From the NCBI RefSeq assembly GCF_000006765.1, contig NC_002516.2: a stretch of 64,000 bases of DNA. One strand, given 5' to 3'. Positions 58,073 through 64,000 of the stretch are shown here, in pieces. How positions within the stretch are numbered: position 1 is the first letter of the stretch; each line of letters starts with the position of its first letter. This DNA comes from Pseudomonas aeruginosa PAO1 (GTDB lineage Bacteria > Pseudomonadota > Gammaproteobacteria > Pseudomonadales > Pseudomonadaceae). A program made the position numbers and the translations under genes. The notes below the pieces were generated by a model, which was not told where the DNA came from, made no database searches, and saw only the letters and a program-made list of their open reading frames with translations.

Positions 58073-58792
58073 TCAGGCGCCCGGATAGGCCGCGTCGAGC
58101 ACGATCTCCAGAGCGTCCGGGCGCCAGAACTCCTGGTCGAACTCGACCACCCTCTGCCCCTCCGCGTAACTCAGTCGCTCCAGGTACAGCGCCGGCGAAC
58201 CCGGCGCCAGTTGCAGCGGCTCGGCCTGGGCCGCGTTCAGCGCGGTCGGGTGCATCGCCAGTTGGCAGCGCGTCGGCTGCAGGCCGAAACGCTCGCGCAG
58301 CAGGCTCATCAGCGAAGTATCGAGGTCGTGGTCCAGCAGGCCTGGGCACCACCCGGCATCCAGGGCGATCAGTTCGATCAGCACCGGACGCTCGTCCACC
58401 CAGCGGCGCCGTTGCAGGAAATACACCGGCGCGCTGTCCTCCAGCCCCATCCGCTTGGCCAGCCAGGCGCCGGCTGCACGCCGCTCGGCGTGCAGCGTCT
58501 CGGTACGCGGCTGGCGTCCCTGGGCGCTGACGTATTCCATGAAGCCGGTGGTACGGGTCGGGTTGTAGCGGATCCGCGGCGGCGCGACGAACCAGCCGCG
58601 GCGGTTCTCGCGATAGACCAGGCCTTCGGTTTCCAATTGCTGCAGGGCTTCGCGAAGGGTGATGCGGGTACACAGGAAGCGCTCGGCCAACTCCCGCTCG
58701 GAGGGAAGTTTCACTTGCAGCACACCCTGGGCGATATCCGCGGCGAGCTGGTCGCGGATGCGCAGGTACTGACGAGATTGATCGACCGGCAT
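58073..58792 (-). CDS. GntR/HutC-family (UTRA) regulator, PhnR-like
   Basis: KLPSERELAERF...TLREAL..LE..GLVYR; UTRA C-terminus. Confidence 0.9.
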   Translation of the reverse strand: MPVDQSRQYLRIRDQLAADIAQGVLQVKLPSERELAERFLCTRITLREALQQLETEGLVYRENRRGWFVAPPRIRYNPTRTTGFMEYVSAQGRQPRTETLHAERRAAGAWLAKRMGLEDSAPVYFLQRRRWVDERPVLIELIALDAGWCPGLLDHDLDTSLMSLLRERFGLQPTRCQLAMHPTALNAAQAEPLQLAPGSPALYLERLSYAEGQRVVEFDQEFWRPDALEIVLDAAYPGA

Positions 58793-58850
58793 GACGGCCT
58801 CGCTGATTCAGACCGGCCGATTATAACGGCAGCCCGTCGGCCTATCGCCA

Positions 58851-58883
58851 CTGCCACGAAAACGTCACGGCGGCGTCACAAAA
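58851..58883 (+). promoter_or_regulatory. Pho box (three 11-bp units)
   Basis: CTGCCACGAAA ACGTCACGGCG GCGTCACAAAA; G(T/C)CAC at an 11-bp period. Confidence 0.65.
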
Positions 58884-58894
58884 CCCCTCTAGGC

Positions 58895-58906
58895 TGGCCT
58901 AGACCA
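58895..58906. promoter_or_regulatory. Putative HutC/PhnF-type operator
   Basis: TGGCCTAGACCA, one mismatch from the palindrome TGGTCTAGACCA. Confidence 0.5.
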
Positions 58907-58925
58907 TTTGCCAGACGCCTTTCGC

Positions 58926-59669
58926 ATGCCCAGCTCCGACCAACTCCCGCGCTTTACCGCCCTGCTCTTCGGACTCTCCGGCGGCCTGGTGGATTTCGGC
59001 GCCCGGACCCTGTCCCTGGCGCTGCTGCGCAGCCATCCGCATAGCCCTGCCGAACACCTCCGCGACGCCAGTCTGCTGCCCTTCGCCGAGGCACAAAGCT
59101 TCCTGTTGCGGCGCAAGCCGAACAAGAGCGAGCGCCAGCGCCTGGAGCAGGCCCTCGACGAAGCCGCCGGGGAACAGGCCGAAGCCATCGCCGGTGCCGT
59201 GGCCCTGTTGGAGAGCCTGGACGAACAACGGATTCCCTACGCCTGGCAGGACGAGCTACCGGAATCGGTCTGCCAGCGCCTTGCCGCGCCGCTCGGCCGA
59301 GCGAACGCCCTGATCCCCCTCGCCGGCGCGCGCCCCTGGCCGGCCCCCGATGGCTGCTGGCAGGCCCTCGCCCGGCTGGGCATCGAGCGCCTCGACGGCT
59401 GCGTGCTGGTCAGCGCCCAACCGCGTCAACTCCAGGCCGGACTCAATGCCGGGCTATGGACCATCGGCCTGGCCGCCAGCGGGCCGTCATGCGGCCTCTC
59501 GCCGGCCGACTGGGACGCTCTCGGACACACCGAGCGCGACCGCTTGCGCGCCGACGCCACCCTGGAACTGTACCGCCTGGGCGTGCATTCCGTGATCGAT
59601 CACCTGGGCGAGCTGCAACCCTGCCTGCACGACCTCGCCGTCCGCCGCCTGAAAGGAGAAAAACCATGA
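58926..59669 (+). CDS. Phosphonatase (PhnX)-like HAD protein with a degenerate motif I
   Basis: LLFGLSGGLVDFG; RPWPAPD; AGLNAGLWTIGLA; HSVID. Confidence 0.85.
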   Translation: MPSSDQLPRFTALLFGLSGGLVDFGARTLSLALLRSHPHSPAEHLRDASLLPFAEAQSFLLRRKPNKSERQRLEQALDEAAGEQAEAIAGAVALLESLDEQRIPYAWQDELPESVCQRLAAPLGRANALIPLAGARPWPAPDGCWQALARLGIERLDGCVLVSAQPRQLQAGLNAGLWTIGLAASGPSCGLSPADWDALGHTERDRLRADATLELYRLGVHSVIDHLGELQPCLHDLAVRRLKGEKP

Positions 59670-60247
59670 GCCGCGCCCGTCACCGCTTTCTCGACGAACT
59701 GGCCGAACGCTTCGCCAGCCATGGCGCCGAGCCCTATGGCGAGGCAGTCAGCCAGGCCGAGCACGCGCTGCAGTGTGCGACCCTGGCCGAGCGCGCCGGT
59801 TGCTCGGACAGCCTTGTAGTCGCCGCCCTGCTGCACGATATCGGCCACCTCTACGAAGACCCGGCGCAGATCGACGAGGAGGACCTGCGCCACGAGGAAT
59901 TCGGCGCACGCCTGCTGCGCGAGCTGTTCCCAGAGTCGGTCTGGCAGCCGGTGCGCCTGCACGTATCGGCCAAGCGCTTTCTCTGCGCGGTGGACCCGAG
60001 CTACCACGCCAGCCTGTCGCCGGCCTCCCGGCACAGCCTGGTGCTGCAAGGCGGGCCGTTCGACGAGCGTGCCGCCGCGGCCTACATCAAGGCGCCCTAT
60101 GCCCAGGACGGCCTGACCCTGCGCCGCCTCGACGACCTGGCCAAGGACCCGGCCATGCGCACCCCCGAACTGACGCACTTCTTCCCGCTGCTGGAACGCC
60201 TGCTGCGGATTGATCCGGATCGCGCACATCTGCGCCCGACAGGTTAA
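59666..60247 (+). CDS. PhnZ-like HD-domain protein
   Basis: YGEAVSQAEHALQCA, ALLHDIGH, HVSAKRFL, DDLAKD; ATGA overlap. Confidence 0.88.
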   Translation: MSRARHRFLDELAERFASHGAEPYGEAVSQAEHALQCATLAERAGCSDSLVVAALLHDIGHLYEDPAQIDEEDLRHEEFGARLLRELFPESVWQPVRLHVSAKRFLCAVDPSYHASLSPASRHSLVLQGGPFDERAAAAYIKAPYAQDGLTLRRLDDLAKDPAMRTPELTHFFPLLERLLRIDPDRAHLRPTG

Positions 60248-60320
60248 TCTGTTCGGCATGGACGGACCTTTCGGCGCCCGCCGGAGGTCCACCGAAGACT
60301 TGTACGTCGAGGGAAATACC

Positions 60321-60584
60321 ATGCCGAAAGAGAGTCTGCTGCGCGAACTGTCCGCCCTGCGCGAGCAACTGGAGCAACAACCGCCGCTGAACGAAGAGCA
60401 GCGCGCCGAACTGGAACTCCTGATCAGGGACATCGAACTGAAACTGGCCAACGAGGACGCCCTCAACGAAGGCAGCCTGGTCGATGGGGTCAACCTCGCC
60501 GTCGAGCGCTTCGAGGTCAGCCACCCGACCCTCGCCGGCACGCTCCGCTCCATCGTGCAGAGCCTGGCCAACATGGGTATCTGA
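60321..60584 (+). CDS. DUF4404-like small protein
   Basis: AVERFEVSHPTLAGTLRSIVQSLANMGI. Confidence 0.9.
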   Translation: MPKESLLRELSALREQLEQQPPLNEEQRAELELLIRDIELKLANEDALNEGSLVDGVNLAVERFEVSHPTLAGTLRSIVQSLANMGI

Positions 60585-60600
60585 ACGACTTGCCGAAATG

Positions 60601-60630
60601 AAAAGCCCCGGCATGGCCGGGGCTTTTTCG
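60601..60630. terminator. Bidirectional terminator
   Basis: AAAAGCCCCGGC-AT-GGCCGGGGCTTTTT. Confidence 0.8.
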
Positions 60631-60650
60631 TATCCGCGTGTTGCGAGGCG

Positions 60651-61481
60651 TTACTGGCGCACCAGGCGTCGGTTGTCCGGTGCGACCTCCGCCAGGCTGC
60701 GGTAGGGATTGATATCCAGGCCGCCACGGCGTACGTAGCGCGCGTAGACGCTGAGCGCCTGCGGCTGCAACAGGCGCTGCAGGTCGAGGAAGATGCGTTC
60801 GACGCACTGTTCGTGGAAGTCCTGGTGCTGGCGGAAGGAAACCAGGTAGGCCAGCAGGCTGGCCGGGTCCAGCGCCGGGCCCCGGTAGTCGACCACCAGG
60901 GTGCCCCAGTCGGGCTGGCCGGTGACCGGGCAGTTGGACTTGAGCAGGTGGCTGTAGAGCTGCTCCTCGACGATCCGCCCGGCGTCGCAGCGCAGCAGTT
61001 CCGGGCGCGGCTGCTCGTAGCCGTCGACGGCGATGTCCAGCTCGTCGATGCAGCGCCCCGGCAGACGCCCGATGCCCTCCTCGGCAACTTCGTCGAGGCT
61101 GCGCAGGCGCACGCCCACGGGCGCCCCGACAGCGGCCGAGAGGTCTTTCTGCAATACCGCGCGAAGCGCCTCGCGACTATCGAAGGCGGACTGGTTGAGG
61201 GAATTGAGGTAAAGCTTGAACGACTTCGACTCGATGATGTTCGGCGAGTCCGCCGGGATCGAGAACTCGCCGATCGCCACCACCGGCTTGCCGGCCGGGG
61301 TCAGCCAGGACAGCTCGTAGCAGTTCCAGATATCCACGCCGCGATAAGGCAGGGTCTCGGCGCTCAGGCCAAGCTCGGCCCATTTCGCCGTGCGTGAAAT
61401 GGGAAACAGCAGCGACGGCGTGTAGCTGGAGACGTATTCGCTGGTCTTGCCCAGCGGCGAATGTTCGGCGGGATGCTGCAT
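60651..61481 (-). CDS. queF: 7-cyano-7-deazaguanine reductase (type II QueF)
   Basis: [53 protein letters not shown]. Confidence 0.97.
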   Translation of the reverse strand: MQHPAEHSPLGKTSEYVSSYTPSLLFPISRTAKWAELGLSAETLPYRGVDIWNCYELSWLTPAGKPVVAIGEFSIPADSPNIIESKSFKLYLNSLNQSAFDSREALRAVLQKDLSAAVGAPVGVRLRSLDEVAEEGIGRLPGRCIDELDIAVDGYEQPRPELLRCDAGRIVEEQLYSHLLKSNCPVTGQPDWGTLVVDYRGPALDPASLLAYLVSFRQHQDFHEQCVERIFLDLQRLLQPQALSVYARYVRRGGLDINPYRSLAEVAPDNRRLVRQ

Positions 61482-61598
61482 GAGGGAAACCTGCTGGATG
61501 AATCGCGCAGGGCCCTTCCCCGCGCGCCGCGCCGCACTGGCGGGCGGCGGCAAGTGTATACGGATCGGCCGGCATCTTCACGCCGGCCGTCCGCCGGC

Positions 61599-62216
61599 TC
61601 AGGGCTGCACGGTCAGTTGACCGACCATCCCGGCCTGGTAGTGGCCGGGGATGTTGCAGGCGAACTCCAGCCGGGTGGCTTTGGTGAAGGTCCAGGTCAG
61701 CTCGGCGCTCTTGCCCGGCTCGACCAGCACGCTGTTGGGGTCGTCGTGCTTCATCATCCGGCCATGGTCCATGTCGGCCATGCCGTGGCCCATCTGACTA
61801 TGGTCCATCGACGCCATGCCGGTCGGGGTGAGCATCCCGGACTGCTGCATCTCCAGCATCTCCTTCTGGTGCTCGGCATGCATCGCCGCGTCTCCCAGGT
61901 TGAACTCGTGCAACAGCTTGCCTTCGTTCTTCAGCACGAAGCGGACCGTCTCGCCGGCCTTGACCTCGATCGCCCGAGGCTTGAAGTACATATCGCCGAG
62001 CACCACCTCGATGCTGCGGCTGGCCTGCGCGGCCTGGGCCGGCTTGCCGAAGGCCTGGCCGTGGGCCGGCGAAGCCTGGGCGCTGGCACCGAAAAGCACG
62101 CCGAGGACGATCAGGGAAGCGGGAAGCAGGCGGCGCGGAAACATACGGGGAATCTCCATCGGGTTGATGTCGCCTATCCTGTGTCGCTGCGCCTGCCGGC
62201 TGGCTGTCGGGAGCAT
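61599..62216 (-). CDS. Periplasmic cupredoxin-fold copper-binding protein with a Met/His-rich loop (true start likely ATG 62145)
   Basis: HEFNLG, MDHSQMGHGMADMDHG, EFACNIPGHYQAGM. Confidence 0.9.
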   Translation of the reverse strand: MLPTASRQAQRHRIGDINPMEIPRMFPRRLLPASLIVLGVLFGASAQASPAHGQAFGKPAQAAQASRSIEVVLGDMYFKPRAIEVKAGETVRFVLKNEGKLLHEFNLGDAAMHAEHQKEMLEMQQSGMLTPTGMASMDHSQMGHGMADMDHGRMMKHDDPNSVLVEPGKSAELTWTFTKATRLEFACNIPGHYQAGMVGQLTVQP

Positions 62217-62230
62217 TACATCTTTGTCAG
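62215..62230 (-). promoter_or_regulatory. CopR box
   Basis: Minus strand (CAAG)CTGACAAAGATGTAAT. Confidence 0.75.
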
Positions 62231-62387
62231 CTTGCCGCCGTTGCGGACCGCGAAGGCTAAGATCGCCCAGCGCCACCGACGGGCATAAAAAACCCGCCGA
62301 CCGGAAACCAGGGAACCGGTGGCGGGTGAAGACGGGATCGGAGCCCTCCGTCATCCCGTGTGGAGCCGGGGGTGGAAGAACTGGCGA

Positions 62388-62579
62388 TCAGCAGTTTTCC
62401 TTGTCCTTCTTCGTCGCTTCGGCCTGCTTCGCCAGTTTCTCCTGGTGCGCGGCACGAGCCTTGGCGGCCTGGGCCTGCATGCGCTCGAAGACGATGTCGC
62501 CGCCGCTGTCGGCCATGGCCGGAACGGTCGGGGCGAGGACCAGCAGGAAAGCGAGGGTGGAGGCAGTGAAGGTACGCAT
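62388..62579 (-). CDS. ptrA: PtrA, small periplasmic copper-induced protein
   Basis: 63 aa; signal peptide, then DSGGDIVFERM; GGAG SD; between the cupredoxin and copR. Confidence 0.85.
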   Translation of the reverse strand: MRTFTASTLAFLLVLAPTVPAMADSGGDIVFERMQAQAAKARAAHQEKLAKQAEATKKDKENC

Positions 62580-62647
62580 GGGAAGTCTCCTCGAATGAGT
62601 TCCCCTGTAGTCTGCGCGGGGGCCACTGTCGCCCCCGTTACCCACTG

Positions 62648-62663
62648 ATTACGATGCTGTCAG
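62648..62663 (-). promoter_or_regulatory. CopR box between ptrA and copR
   Basis: Minus strand CTGACAGCATCGTAAT. Confidence 0.65.
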
Positions 62664-62704
62664 AAACAGGTCGGCATGGCCGGCAAATGTAACGAGGGAT
62701 GAAC

Positions 62705-63385
62705 ATGAAACTGCTGATCGTCGAAGACGAACCGCGCATCGGCCAGTACCTGCGCCAGGGGCTCGCCGAGGCAGGCTTCGCCGTCGACCTGAGCGACGAT
62801 GGCAACGAGGGCGAGCAACTGGCCCTGGGCGGCGACTACGACCTGCTGATCCTCGACGTCATGCTGCCCGGCCGTGACGGCTGGCAGATCCTGCGCAGCG
62901 TGCGCGACGCCGGGATGACCGTACCGGTGCTGTTCCTGACCGCCCGCGATGCCGTAGAGGACCGCGTGCGCGGCCTCGAACAAGGCGCCGACGATTACCT
63001 GGTGAAGCCGTTCGCCTTCGTCGAACTGCTCGCCCGGGTGCGCACCCTGCTGCGCCGGGGCAGCCAGCAGTTGCAGGAGACCACCCTGCAACTGGCCGAC
63101 CTCGAACTCGATTTGCTGCGCCGCCGGGTGCAACGCCAGGGCAAGCGGATCGACCTCACCGCCAAGGAGTTCGCCCTGCTCGAACTGCTGCTGCGGCGCA
63201 GCGGCGAGGTGCTGCCCAAGTCGCTGATCGCCTCGCAGGTCTGGGACATGAACTTCGACAGCGATACCAACGTCATCGAGGTGGCCATCCGCCGCCTGCG
63301 CGCCAAGGTCGACGACGACTACCCGCAGCGCCTGATCCATACCGTGCGCGGCATGGGCTACGTTCTCGAAGAGCGCGACGAATGA
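62705..63385 (+). CDS. copR: Heavy-metal response regulator CopR
   Basis: [46 protein letters not shown]. Confidence 0.93.
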   Translation: MKLLIVEDEPRIGQYLRQGLAEAGFAVDLSDDGNEGEQLALGGDYDLLILDVMLPGRDGWQILRSVRDAGMTVPVLFLTARDAVEDRVRGLEQGADDYLVKPFAFVELLARVRTLLRRGSQQLQETTLQLADLELDLLRRRVQRQGKRIDLTAKEFALLELLLRRSGEVLPKSLIASQVWDMNFDSDTNVIEVAIRRLRAKVDDDYPQRLIHTVRGMGYVLEERDE

Positions 63386-64000
63386 GCGCCGGGTTCGGCT
63401 CGCGGATGTCCCTCGGCGTCCGCCTGAGCCTGCTGTTCGCCGCCTGCACGGCGGCGGTCTCGCTGATCGCCGGATTGATCTTCAGCAGGGCCATCGACGA
63501 GCATTTCGTCGAGCTCGACCATATGGCGATGTCCGCCAAGCTCGCGGTGTTTCGCGATGAGCTGCGCGGCCTCGGCTCGGAACAACAGATGCGCCGCCGC
63601 GAAGCGGAACTGCTGCGCGAACTGGCACGCCATCCCGACCTCGGCCTGCGCCTGAACGGCCCGGATGGCAACCTCTGGTTCGAGCGCCTGCCGCAGCCTG
63701 CGCATCCCGGCCTGCCCGCCAACCGCGAACTCGGCGCCCCGCTGGAGCCCGGCAACGACGCTTCGCCGCGACTCACCGTGATCCTCGACATCAGTCATCA
63801 CCAGCACTTCCTGCAACGCATGCGCCAGTTGATCTGGCTGACCATGAGCCTGTCGGCGCTGGCCACGGCGCTGCTCGGCGCCTGGGCCACCGGCGCCAGC
63901 CTGGCGCCGCTGCGACGGATGCGCGAAGTCGCCGCGCGGGTTTCCGCCAACTCCCTCACCACCCGCCTCGACGCCAGCCGGATGCCAGAGGAGCTGCGCG
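63382..64000 (+). CDS. copS: Heavy-metal sensor kinase CopS, 5' part (runs off window end)
   Basis: ATGA overlap with copR; TM-periplasmic-TM then HAMP (LAPLRRM). Confidence 0.88.
   Translation, partial: MSAGFGSRMSLGVRLSLLFAACTAAVSLIAGLIFSRAIDEHFVELDHMAMSAKLAVFRDELRGLGSEQQMRRREAELLRELARHPDLGLRLNGPDGNLWFERLPQPAHPGLPANRELGAPLEPGNDASPRLTVILDISHHQHFLQRMRQLIWLTMSLSALATALLGAWATGASLAPLRRMREVAARVSANSLTTRLDASRMPEELR

Overview
This is a high-GC Pseudomonas aeruginosa chromosomal segment. From recognised proteins it is syntenic with the PAO1 interval of about PA2738 (ihfA) to PA2810 (copS); locus numbers are from memory of synteny and were not checked by a search. It starts with the thrS-infC-rpmI-rplT-pheS-pheT-ihfA operon on the minus strand. 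A long mosaic of small accessory genes follows: map paralog, endA, ecotin, PACE/LysR, oprQ, DyP, a diguanylate cyclase, T6SS tse4/tsi4 beside tRNA-Val, pauB3, PA2778/PA2779, bswR, bamI-mep72, cpg2 and an MCP. After that come an AT-rich sialidase-like islet next to dusA, then tal, rssC/rssB, hapZ, mlaA, a Pho-box phosphonate-like locus, queF and the copper locus (cupredoxin, ptrA, copRS). I found no CRISPR array, intact IS, integrase or prophage. The most interesting signals are non-coding or very small. (1) Four dispersed sibling sRNA-like units (about 16.44, 22.75, 27.79 and 29.58 kb) share C-rich terminator loops; three share a CCCCAAG motif and two sit behind las/rhl-type boxes. (2) A promoter, a structured anti-SD leader and a 30-aa hydrophobic peptide at 47.5-47.7 kb resemble a type I toxin mRNA. 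(3) A double-glycine precursor-like gene is coupled to a C39-like peptidase. (4) A 320-bp scar holds remnants of three genes. (5) The thrS leader contains a tRNA-Thr anticodon-like hairpin. (6) There are SlyA-type palindromes and several small ORFs missing from the ORF track.
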